From Actibacterium sp. (GTDB taxonomy: Bacteria; Pseudomonadota; Alphaproteobacteria; Rhodobacterales; Rhodobacteraceae): a stretch of 52,555 nt of DNA. The notes under the pieces were generated by a model. That model was not told the DNA's origin, did no database searches, and was given only the letters and a program-made list of their open reading frames with translations. Position 1 is the stretch's first letter, and the number at the start of each line of letters is the position of its first letter. The stretch is taken from positions 1 through 52,555 of the forward strand of contig JADQCD010000127.1 of NCBI GenBank assembly GCA_016278285.1. The letters run 5' to 3'. Made by a program: the position numbers and the translations under genes. Shown piece after piece: positions 27,662 to 35,876 of this stretch.

Positions 27662-28684
27662 ATGGCCGTTACCCTGCAGGACGTGGCCCGCAAGGCCGGG
27701 GTCTCCAAATCTGCCGCGTCGCGGACCTTCACCGACGGGGCATCGGTTTCAGCGCACACCCGTGCCAAGGTCGAGGCGGCGGCGCTGGCGCTCGGATATA
27801 GCCCCAATGCCCTGGCCGCCGCGCTGACCACCGGGCGGACCAAGTTGATCGGGCTGATTTCAAACAACTTTTCCAACCCCTATTTTCTGGAGATCTTCGA
27901 TCGTTTTACCCGCGCCATCCAGGACGCGGGCCTGCGCACCCTTCTGGTAAACCTCAGCACGGAAGAAGATGCCGACCGCTCACTGCAGATGCTGCGTCAA
28001 TACAACGTCGACGGCGTGATCGTCGCCTCGTCGACCCTCCCGCCCAGCTTCGCATCCGCGTTCCAGCAGGCCGGGCTGCCCATCGTCCACGCCTTCGGCT
28101 GGTCAGCGACCGAACCGCGCACCGCGCTGGTCAGCATCGACAACGTCGAAGCCGGACGAATGGCTGCACGAACTCTGCTGGCTCGGGGCTACACCCGTAT
28201 CGGGTTCCTGGGCGGTCCAGAAAAGGCCGCCACCACCCAGGATCGCCTGGCCGGCCTGGACGAGGGGCTGCGCGCCATCGGCCTGACGCCCGATCGCGCC
28301 TTTGCCACAGCTTATGCCTACGACGCGGGACGTGATGCGATGGCGCGGATCCTGACCGGCCGCAATCCAGCCGAGGCTTGGTTCTGTGGTGACGACGTCA
28401 TCGCGCTTGGTGCCATGAGTGCAGCCCATGAGGCCGGTCTGAGAATTCCAGACCAGATCGGGTTTCTCGGGCTAAACGATATGGCGATGGCCGCCTGGGA
28501 GCGTCATGCCCTTACCACGATCCGCCAGCCGCTGGCCGAGATCGTGGACGAGGCCGTGGCGGCGATCCGCGCACGGATCGATGCCCCCGACAGCTCGATC
28601 GAGATCAGGCGTTTTCCTTGCGAGATTGTCGAGCGCGCCTCGCTGCGCCCGCTACTGCACCCCGAGCCAGCGCCGGGGGCGTGA
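27662..28684 (+). CDS. LacI family transcriptional regulator
   Basis: Real start at ATG 27662 (MAVTLQDVARKAGVSKSAASRTFTDG...), 340 aa. Divergent from the other LacI gene. Confidence 0.9.
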   Translation: MAVTLQDVARKAGVSKSAASRTFTDGASVSAHTRAKVEAAALALGYSPNALAAALTTGRTKLIGLISNNFSNPYFLEIFDRFTRAIQDAGLRTLLVNLSTEEDADRSLQMLRQYNVDGVIVASSTLPPSFASAFQQAGLPIVHAFGWSATEPRTALVSIDNVEAGRMAARTLLARGYTRIGFLGGPEKAATTQDRLAGLDEGLRAIGLTPDRAFATAYAYDAGRDAMARILTGRNPAEAWFCGDDVIALGAMSAAHEAGLRIPDQIGFLGLNDMAMAAWERHALTTIRQPLAEIVDEAVAAIRARIDAPDSSIEIRRFPCEIVERASLRPLLHPEPAPGA

Positions 28685-28748
28685 CGGACATACACCGCCC
28701 CGCCCCTGCCCTGCTGGCGCGCCGGAGATCGCCCGCGTCGTCCGCGCC

Positions 28749-29912
28749 TCAGTCGCCGCGAAACATCGGCGGACGCGCGTCGACCCAGGCGCCCTCGGTC
28801 GCGCCGCTTTCAGCGACCGAGGCCACCGCCGCCATCGAGCGCAGGCCATCCTCGGCCCGGGGATAGAGGTCGGCGGCCGGATCCGTCTCGCGGCCCTCCT
28901 TGCGGGCGTGAATCGCCTCGGCCAGGTCGAGATAGATGTTGGCGAAAGCCAGCGGCATGCCTTCGGCATGTCCGATGGCGACGCGGGTGGTGCGATCGGC
29001 CGCGGGCGACAGGTTCGCCTCGCCCCGCTCGATCACTTGCCGTCGTCCGCCCAGCGGCATCCACGACAGCTGGTTGGGCTGTTCCTGCGCCCAGGCAAGC
29101 CCGCCCTTTTCGCCGAAAACCTGCAATGTCAACCCATGCTGGCGGCCCAATGCAATCGAAGAGGTCCACAGCCGGCCGACCGCGCCGCCATCGAAGCGCA
29201 GGTTGACCATGGCATCGTCTTCAAGCTGCCGGGTTTCGATACATGACACCGTGTCGGCGGACAGCCGGCTGACTTCCTGACCGATCACGAAGCTGGCCAT
29301 GTGCAGCGCGTGGATGCCGCAATCTGCGAACTGCGCAGATACGCCGGCCTGCTGCGGATCATAGCGCCAGCGCACCCGCGGATTGTCGGCATCCGCCGCA
29401 TCGGCGTGGTGGCCATGCGCAAACTCGGCCTTGACCATGCGGATGCGGCCCAGATCGCCGCGCGCCACCATCGCGCGCATGTGCCGTACCAGGCTGTAAC
29501 CGGTATAACCATAATTCACCGCGCAGATGCGGCCCGTGGCGCGGGCGGTGGCCACGATATCCTCTCCCTCGGCCACGGTCATGGTCATCGGCTTTTCGCA
29601 CAACACATGAAAGCCGGCTTCAAGGAACGCCTTGGAAATCTCGTAATGTGTGAAATTGGGCGTGGCCACGGTAACAAGATCGACGCGGTCGTCGCGCGCC
29701 ACCTCGCCCGCCAGCATCTCGCGCCAATCACCATAGGCGCGATCCGCAGACAGGCCCAGCCGCTGCGCATAGGCGCGGCCGGCCTCGGGACGGTGATCCA
29801 GCGCGCCGGCGACGAACTCGAACTGTCCGTCCAGCCTCGCGCCCAGCCGGTGGGCCGGCCCGATCTGGCTGCCTTCGCCCCCGCCGATCATGCCCCAGCG
29901 AAGTTTCGTCAT
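28749..29912 (-). CDS. Gfo/Idh/MocA family oxidoreductase
   Basis: Real start at ATG 29912 (MTKLRWGMIGGGEGSQIGPAHR...CEKPMT...), 387 aa. Confidence 0.88.
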   Translation of the reverse strand: MTKLRWGMIGGGEGSQIGPAHRLGARLDGQFEFVAGALDHRPEAGRAYAQRLGLSADRAYGDWREMLAGEVARDDRVDLVTVATPNFTHYEISKAFLEAGFHVLCEKPMTMTVAEGEDIVATARATGRICAVNYGYTGYSLVRHMRAMVARGDLGRIRMVKAEFAHGHHADAADADNPRVRWRYDPQQAGVSAQFADCGIHALHMASFVIGQEVSRLSADTVSCIETRQLEDDAMVNLRFDGGAVGRLWTSSIALGRQHGLTLQVFGEKGGLAWAQEQPNQLSWMPLGGRRQVIERGEANLSPAADRTTRVAIGHAEGMPLAFANIYLDLAEAIHARKEGRETDPAADLYPRAEDGLRSMAAVASVAESGATEGAWVDARPPMFRGD

Positions 29913-29965
29913 GTCCTCGATCCTTTCCTGATCCTGCGGGGTAGTCCCGTTCCTGCCCGGTCGGC

Positions 29966-30856
29966 TCAGAACCCGATGCGCTCCAGATAAGCCCGGTTGG
30001 CCCGCGCATCGTCCAGCGGCGCCACGTCGAGCGTGGGGTCGCAATCCTGTTCGACAGTGCACCAGCCCGCGAAACCGGCTTGCATCAAGGCCTCGCGCAC
30101 CGCGGGGAAATCCACGTCACCCGCCCCCAGATTGCAGAAAATGCCCTGTCCGCAGGCGGTATAGAAATCGGTTCCGGCGGCAACGACCTGCGCCTTCACC
30201 TGCGGGTCGATATCCTTGAAGTGGACATAGCTGACACGGCTTCCCCAGCGCCTCAGGAACGCCACCGGATCATAGCCGGCATAAGAGTGATGGCCGGTGT
30301 CGAGGCATATCTTCAGCACGTCCGCATCGGTTTCGTTCAACAGGCGCTCCAGTTCGGGCTCGAAGTCGATGAACCCGCCGGCGTGGGCATGAATGCTGAC
30401 GGTCAGGCCATAGACCTCGGCGCCTGTGGACGCGATATAGGAAATGCGATCCCGGAAGGCGGCCCATTCGGCGGGTTGCATCTGCTCGGCTGCACTGGCG
30501 CGCCCAGCGGTCGGCGCCCGGCGCGACGAAATCGAATCGATCAGCACCAGATGACGCGCCCCGTGCGACACCAGCGACCGGCATGTCCGTTCGGCCGCTT
30601 CGACCACGTCCAGCCACTGGTCCGGGTCATGGAACGGGCGAAAGACGACACCGCCCGTCAGCGTCAGACCATTGGCGGCCAGCGCCTCGCCCAAGACCGC
30701 CGGATCCTCGGGCATGTACCCCACCGGACCCAGCTCGATCCCGCGATAGCCGGCGGCGGCGCATTCGGCCAGAACCTGCCGCCACGGCGGGTTGCGCGGA
30801 TCATCCGCGAATTCGACTCCCCAGGAACAGGGTGCGTTACCGATGCGAATGGTCAT
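29966..30856 (-). CDS. Xylose-isomerase-like TIM-barrel protein (IolE/MocC-like sugar phosphate isomerase/epimerase family)
   Basis: 296 aa: MTIRIGNAPCSWGVEF...GIELGP...HAHAGG...LDTGHH...VHFKD...EQD. It has the metal-binding pattern typical of this fold. Confidence 0.85.
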   Translation of the reverse strand: MTIRIGNAPCSWGVEFADDPRNPPWRQVLAECAAAGYRGIELGPVGYMPEDPAVLGEALAANGLTLTGGVVFRPFHDPDQWLDVVEAAERTCRSLVSHGARHLVLIDSISSRRAPTAGRASAAEQMQPAEWAAFRDRISYIASTGAEVYGLTVSIHAHAGGFIDFEPELERLLNETDADVLKICLDTGHHSYAGYDPVAFLRRWGSRVSYVHFKDIDPQVKAQVVAAGTDFYTACGQGIFCNLGAGDVDFPAVREALMQAGFAGWCTVEQDCDPTLDVAPLDDARANRAYLERIGF

Positions 30857-30867
30857 GGCATTCTCCC

Positions 30868-31971
30868 TCAGGCTGTCTCGACGGCGATCCAGCGCTTGTC
30901 CCCGGCCGATTTCATCGCCGCTTCGACCACCTGTGCCACGGCAAGGCCGTCGGCGAAGGTGGGCCAGACGGGCGCGCCGGTCTCGATCGCGGTCAGGAAA
31001 TCGCGCGCCTCGATGATGATCTGGTCCTGGTATCCGGTGCCGTGCCCGGCCCCCTGGCAGAAGGCGGCATAATCGGGATGCTCAGGCCCGATCAGGATCT
31101 TTCGAAAACCGCGTGTCGCCGCCGGGCCCGCGGCCTCGTACAGCCACAGCGCGTTCTGGTCTTCCTGGTCGAAGCGGATGGCACCGCGCGTGCCGAAGAT
31201 TTCGTAGGCATATCCCATCTTGCGGCCGGTCGCGATGCGGCTGGAATAGATGTGCCCCATCACGCCGCTCTCGAACCGGCACATGATCTGGGCGTGATCG
31301 TCGTTCGTCACGTTGCCGCCGGGGCGAGTCGCGTGGACGGTTTCGATATCGGCACAGACCCGGGCGATCGGCCCCATCAGCGCCAGCGCCGCGTTGATCG
31401 GGTGCGGGGCCAGGTCGCCCATGTTGCCGTTGGCCGCGCCGGAACATCGCCAGTCGTGCGGCGCGGCCGGATCGGACAGGAAATCCTCGGTGTGCTCGCC
31501 ACGATAAAAGGTGACGTCGCCAATTGCGCCCTCGGCCAACAGATGGCGGGCGAACTGGCTGGCGGGCGTTCGGATATAATTGAACCCGATCATGTTTGCC
31601 ACGCCGGCCGCCCCGGCCGCTGCAACCATGGCACGGGCGTCGGACAGCGTGTCGGCCAGCGGCTTTTCGCACAGCACGGGTTTGCCCAGGGCAAACGCCG
31701 CCTCGGCGATGGCGCGATGGGTTTCCTGCGGCGTGGCGATGACGACGGCCTGCACCTCGGGATCGGCGACCAGGGTCTGCCAGTCCGGCGCGGCCCGGCG
31801 AAACCCGAAGGACGCACGATAGCGTTCGGCGCTATGGGGGCTCGACGCCGCGACCATTTCAAGGCGGGGGCGCAGCGTGGTTTCGAACACCGCGCCCACG
31901 GCCGCAAAAGCCACCGCATGCGCCTTGCCCATATACCCGCCACCGACGATCCCGATACCGAGTTCTGCCAT
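30868..31971 (-). CDS. Gfo/Idh/MocA family oxidoreductase
   Basis: 367 aa: MAELGIGIVGGGYMGKAHAVAF...CEKPLA... Confidence 0.88.
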   Translation of the reverse strand: MAELGIGIVGGGYMGKAHAVAFAAVGAVFETTLRPRLEMVAASSPHSAERYRASFGFRRAAPDWQTLVADPEVQAVVIATPQETHRAIAEAAFALGKPVLCEKPLADTLSDARAMVAAAGAAGVANMIGFNYIRTPASQFARHLLAEGAIGDVTFYRGEHTEDFLSDPAAPHDWRCSGAANGNMGDLAPHPINAALALMGPIARVCADIETVHATRPGGNVTNDDHAQIMCRFESGVMGHIYSSRIATGRKMGYAYEIFGTRGAIRFDQEDQNALWLYEAAGPAATRGFRKILIGPEHPDYAAFCQGAGHGTGYQDQIIIEARDFLTAIETGAPVWPTFADGLAVAQVVEAAMKSAGDKRWIAVETA

Positions 31972-31996
31972 GATCCCCCCATCCGTTCAACGGACC

Positions 31997-32012
31997 TTGC
32001 AACCGGTTGCAA
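31997..32012. promoter_or_regulatory. Perfect 16-bp palindrome, candidate LacI-type operator
   Basis: TTGCAACCGGTTGCAA is fully self-complementary. It lies in the 93-bp divergent intergenic region, 26 bp from the oxidoreductase ATG and 53 bp from the iolC-like ATG. Confidence 0.5.
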
Positions 32013-32064
32013 AAGCCGTATCGTGAGCGGCGATGGGTCGCAACAGCAAATTGGTCACAACCGC

Positions 32065-33045
32065 ATGGCAAACCTTGGACAACTTGAGGGCGGATCGTTT
32101 CTGGTGATCGGACGGGCGGGTATGGACCTTTACGCCGATCCGCCTGGCACACGCCTGGAGGACGCCACGCAATTCACCGCCGCGCTTGGCGGATCGTCGG
32201 CCAATATCGCCGCGGGGCTGTGCCGGCAGGGATGCGACGCGGCGCTGGTCACGCGTGTCTCGGACGACGCGGTGGGCCGCTTCTGCCTGGCGCAGCTCGA
32301 TGCCTATGGGGTCGATCGGCGTTTTGTCGCGGTCGAGGGCGGCGAGGCGCGCAACTCCCTGGCCATTGTCGAGACGCGGGCGACCGACACGCAGGCAGTG
32401 CTGTATCGCCACCGGGCCGCTGATTTCGAGATGGTCGAAGCGGACGTGACGGCCCTGTCCTATCACGCGTATTCGGCACTGATCACCACTGGCACAGTGC
32501 TGGCCGCCCAGCCGTCGCGCGATGCCTGTTTCGCGGCGTTCGACCAGGCCTGCGCCGCAGGCCTGCCGCTTGTTTTCGACGTCGATTACCGGCCTTATTC
32601 TTGGACGTCGCAAGAAGAGGCGGCCGAGGTCTATGCCCGCGCCGCGGCGCTGTGCGACATCGTGATCGGCAACGACGTGGAATTCGGCGTGATGGCCGGA
32701 GATCACGACGCCGGCCTCGAAACCGCACGCGCGCTTGTTGCCGGCGGCGCCCGCGTCGTTGTCTACAAGATGGGCGAGAAAGGGGCGGTCACGATCACGC
32801 CCGAGGGCGAGATGCGCACCGGCATCTACCGCTCGCAGGCGATCAAGCCGACCGGCGCGGGCGACGGCTTCATGGCCGGTTTTCTGGCCGGCCTCGCTGA
32901 CGGCCACGACGTGGCCGAGGCAGTCGCGCGCGGTTCGGCCGCTGCGGCGCTGGTGGTGTCGCGCGTCGGCTGCGCCCCGGCCATGCCCACGGCGGCCGAG
33001 ATCGACCGTTTCCGCGCCACTACCGAAATGACACCCCCCGCTTAG
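32065..33045 (+). CDS. PfkB family sugar kinase, IolC-like (5-dehydro-2-deoxygluconokinase candidate)
   Basis: Real start at ATG 32065 (MANLGQLEGGSFLVIGRAGMDLYADPPG...; PTGAGDGFMAG), 326 aa. The upstream 490 aa of ORF 30583..33045 are antisense to other genes. Confidence 0.85.
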   Translation: MANLGQLEGGSFLVIGRAGMDLYADPPGTRLEDATQFTAALGGSSANIAAGLCRQGCDAALVTRVSDDAVGRFCLAQLDAYGVDRRFVAVEGGEARNSLAIVETRATDTQAVLYRHRAADFEMVEADVTALSYHAYSALITTGTVLAAQPSRDACFAAFDQACAAGLPLVFDVDYRPYSWTSQEEAAEVYARAAALCDIVIGNDVEFGVMAGDHDAGLETARALVAGGARVVVYKMGEKGAVTITPEGEMRTGIYRSQAIKPTGAGDGFMAGFLAGLADGHDVAEAVARGSAAAALVVSRVGCAPAMPTAAEIDRFRATTEMTPPA

Positions 33046-33054
33046 GAGGCGACC

Positions 33055-33909
33055 ATGCATATTCTCCCCCATGACAACGCCAATCGCCCGATCGTCGATG
33101 TCGATAACGACCGGGTGCCGCTGAACTATTTCAACATAGTCAAGCTGAAGGCCGGCGAGCATTTCGATTATCGGGTCGATGGCTACGAGACCTGCGTGGT
33201 GCCCGCCACCGGCACCGTCACCGTCGAGGTCGGCGACCAGACCTTCGCCGATATCGGCCAGCGCCGCACCGACGTCTGGGACGGCGATCCCGAGGGCGTC
33301 TATGTCCCCAGCGGACAGGGCGCGCGCATCACCGCGCGCACCGATACCGAAACCTTCGTCGCCGGCGCGAAATACGCCGACACGCTGACGCCCTTCGCCG
33401 TGCGCGCGGACGACCTGGACCTGGTGCAATACGGCTCGGACGACACCAAGACACACCGCAAGATCAAGCACATCCTGGGCGCGGAACATCACGACCGGGT
33501 CGGTCGGCTGCTGGTCAGCGAGTTGTTCACCGTTGGCGCCGGCGGCTGGTCGGGCTTTCCCAGCCACAAGCACGACACCGACCGGCTGGACAGCGACGCC
33601 GAGGTGATCGAGACGCGCCACGACGAGACCTACAATTTCCGGTTCAAACCGGACTATGGATCGGGGCTCCAAATGCTGCAACGCACCGACAACGAACCCG
33701 GCGATGCGTATCACGTCATGAACGGCTCGACCGTGCTGATCGACAAGGGGTATCATCCCTGCTGCGTCCTGCCCGGCTACGAGATGTATTATTTCACCAT
33801 CCTCGGCGGACGGTCGCAGCGGTCGCTGAAACAGTATTTTCAGCCCACCCACGCCGAACAGTTGCACACCATCCCCGGCATCATGGACATGGTGGCCAAG
33901 TTCAAATGA
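33055..33909 (+). CDS. IolB-like cupin (5-deoxy-glucuronate isomerase family), divergent second copy
   Basis: 284 aa: ..WSGFPSHKHDTD...ETYNFR...IDKGYHPCCVLPGYEMYYFTILGG. It shares the IolB signature but differs strongly from the 14430..15242 copy. Confidence 0.85.
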   Translation: MHILPHDNANRPIVDVDNDRVPLNYFNIVKLKAGEHFDYRVDGYETCVVPATGTVTVEVGDQTFADIGQRRTDVWDGDPEGVYVPSGQGARITARTDTETFVAGAKYADTLTPFAVRADDLDLVQYGSDDTKTHRKIKHILGAEHHDRVGRLLVSELFTVGAGGWSGFPSHKHDTDRLDSDAEVIETRHDETYNFRFKPDYGSGLQMLQRTDNEPGDAYHVMNGSTVLIDKGYHPCCVLPGYEMYYFTILGGRSQRSLKQYFQPTHAEQLHTIPGIMDMVAKFK

Positions 33910-34739
33910 CCCGCGCGACCCTGGCCGAGGTTCTGGCGCCCGCCCTGCGCGACGGCCATGCCGTGGCCGGGCTGGTCTGTCAGGGGTGGGAGGACGCGCG
34001 CGCCTATGTCGCGGCCGCCGAGGCCGAAGCCGCCCCGGTGATCCTACAGGTTGGCCCCGGCGCCCGGGCGCACATGCCGCTGACCGTCTGGGCGGCGATG
34101 CTGGCCGAATTGGCCGGGGCAGCCAGCGTCCCGGTGGTGCTGCATCTCGACCACGGCACCAGCGCCGAAGACTGCCGGGCCGCCATCGACCTCGGCTTCA
34201 CTTCGGTGATGTTCGACGGCTCGGCCCTGCCGCTTGAGGACAACATCGCCCAGACCCGCCAGGTGGCTGCCATGGCAAGGGACGCGGGCGTTTCCTGCGA
34301 GGGCGAGATCGGCATCGTCGGCTATGCCGGCGGAGCCAGGACAGAGGGAACCGACCCGGACGAAGCGGCGCGCTTTGCCGCCGAAACGAGCATCGACGCC
34401 ATGGCCGTGTCCGTCGGCAACGTGCATCTGCAACAGACACGGCAGGCCAGAATCGACCACGACCGGCTGAGCGCGATCGCCGAACGCACCGGCGTGCCGC
34501 TGGTGATCCACGGCGGATCCGGTCTGTCGCACGACATGCGCCGCACGCTGGCGCGGACCAGCCCGGTATGCAAGTTCAACATCGGCACCGAGTTGCGAAT
34601 ATGCTTTGGCCGGGCCTTGCGCGATACGCTGACGGACGATCCGGCGCTATTCGACCGAATCGCCATTCTTTCGGCGACCGAACCGGTGCTGACCGACACC
34701 GCCCGCAGGATCATCGCCGGGCTGCGCCACCCGACCTAG
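33906..34739 (+). CDS. Class II (metal-dependent) ketose-bisphosphate aldolase family, IolJ-like
   Basis: 277 aa: ...VVLHLDHG...MFDGS...GEIG...VGNVHL...IHGGSG... (FbaA/IolJ/KbaY family motifs). ATGA overlap with the iolB-like stop. Confidence 0.85.
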   Translation: MTRATLAEVLAPALRDGHAVAGLVCQGWEDARAYVAAAEAEAAPVILQVGPGARAHMPLTVWAAMLAELAGAASVPVVLHLDHGTSAEDCRAAIDLGFTSVMFDGSALPLEDNIAQTRQVAAMARDAGVSCEGEIGIVGYAGGARTEGTDPDEAARFAAETSIDAMAVSVGNVHLQQTRQARIDHDRLSAIAERTGVPLVIHGGSGLSHDMRRTLARTSPVCKFNIGTELRICFGRALRDTLTDDPALFDRIAILSATEPVLTDTARRIIAGLRHPT

Positions 34740-35542
34740 CGTGGGTCGAGCCCGTCCAGGAAGGCGTCGAACGCCGCGTCTTCGATCGGGACCGCGTGGT
34801 CGCACGCGGGATAGGCCCCGCTGGCTACATCGGCGACGAATTCCGAAAACGCCGCCGTGCGTTCCTGATGCAGCCGCGCGAATTCAGTGGCAAAATCGCG
34901 ATAGACCTTGGCGTGACGCGGCGCGCGCGTCCGCCCATAGCCCAGCAGATCCTCGGTGAACAGATACTGCGCATCCGTATGCGGCCCGGCGCCCATCCCC
35001 AGAAGCAACAACCCGCTGTTGCGCGCGACAACCTCGGCAACGCGGTCGGGGACGACCTCGATTTCGGCCCCGAAACACCCGATCTGCTCCAGGCGCGTGA
35101 CGTGATCCCACACCTCGCGGGCGCTGGCGGCGGTCTTGCCCACCGCCTTGAACCCGCCGGTCCAGGTCGCCTGCGAGGGGATCAACCCGACATGGCCGAC
35201 CACCGGAATCGCATTGTCACCCAACAGTTTCTGGATATCGAGCGCGGCCGCACAGTATACGCAATCGCCACCATTTTGCATCGCGGCATGGGCCGCGCGC
35301 AAGTAATCTCCGGCGGTGCAAAGCTCGCCATACAGCAGACCGATCTGCACGAAACACGACCCCGCCGCCGCGCGCATCGCCGGGCTCCAGCGCGGCGCGG
35401 CGATCGACAGCATATCGACACCGGCGGCGGCGGCGGCGCAGGCCTCGTCCTCGGTTTCGACATAGACCATGGTCAGTTTCTCACCCCGCGCCTTGCGCGC
35501 GCGCAAGTCGGCAACGGTGGGGCGCCCGACCGTTTCTGGCAT
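34736..35542 (-). CDS. PanB (3-methyl-2-oxobutanoate hydroxymethyltransferase) family protein, divergent
   Basis: Real start at ATG 35542 (MPETVGRPTVADLRARKARGEKLTMVY...IPVVGHVGLIPSQATWTGGFKAVGK...LLLLGMGAGPHTDAQYL...), 268 aa. The overall PanB layout is recognisable. I could not recognise the canonical GDS(L)GM segment (it reads DMLSIAAPRW here). Confidence 0.75.
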   Translation of the reverse strand: MPETVGRPTVADLRARKARGEKLTMVYVETEDEACAAAAAGVDMLSIAAPRWSPAMRAAAGSCFVQIGLLYGELCTAGDYLRAAHAAMQNGGDCVYCAAALDIQKLLGDNAIPVVGHVGLIPSQATWTGGFKAVGKTAASAREVWDHVTRLEQIGCFGAEIEVVPDRVAEVVARNSGLLLLGMGAGPHTDAQYLFTEDLLGYGRTRAPRHAKVYRDFATEFARLHQERTAAFSEFVADVASGAYPACDHAVPIEDAAFDAFLDGLDPR

Positions 35543-35544
35543 TC

Positions 35545-35853
35545 TTAGACCTCCACCAGGACACGGCCGCCGTCGACCTTCGTCGGATAGGTCGCCAGGT
35601 TGACGCAGGCCGGGGCGCGCTTGGCCTCGCCGGTGCGGTAATCGAAGGTGGCGTTGTGCTTGGGGCACTCGATCTCGTAATCCATCACCAAACCGTCCGC
35701 CAGATGGACCTGTTCGTGGGTGCAAAGCCCGTCTGTGCAGAAAAAGTCGCCATCGGGACTGTGATAAATGGCGAAGGTCCGGCCGTCGTGATCGAAGCGA
35801 ACCAGATCCTCTTGCTCGATCTCGTCGGTGGCGCAGGCGTCGATCCAGGGCAT
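35545..35853 (-). CDS. Rieske [2Fe-2S] ferredoxin (MocE-like)
   Basis: 102 aa with CTH...CPKH cluster ligands. ATG at 35853 is preceded by AAGGAGGA at 5-nt spacing. An alternative ATG at 35880 overlaps the upstream stop (ATGA). Confidence 0.85.
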   Translation of the reverse strand: MPWIDACATDEIEQEDLVRFDHDGRTFAIYHSPDGDFFCTDGLCTHEQVHLADGLVMDYEIECPKHNATFDYRTGEAKRAPACVNLATYPTKVDGGRVLVEV

Positions 35854-35876
35854 GTCATCCTCCTTTTGGATAGTGG

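Noticed and set aside
30583-32064. N-terminal ~490 aa of the 820-aa ORF 30583..33045
   Set aside because: It is antisense to the TIM-barrel and oxidoreductase genes and is Arg/Pro/Gly-rich. PfkB homology starts at ATG 32065.
31987-33867. 626-aa minus-strand ORF across the iolC-like and iolB-like genes
   Set aside because: There are no recognisable domains, and the composition is typical of a high-GC antisense frame. The plus strand carries two well-supported genes.
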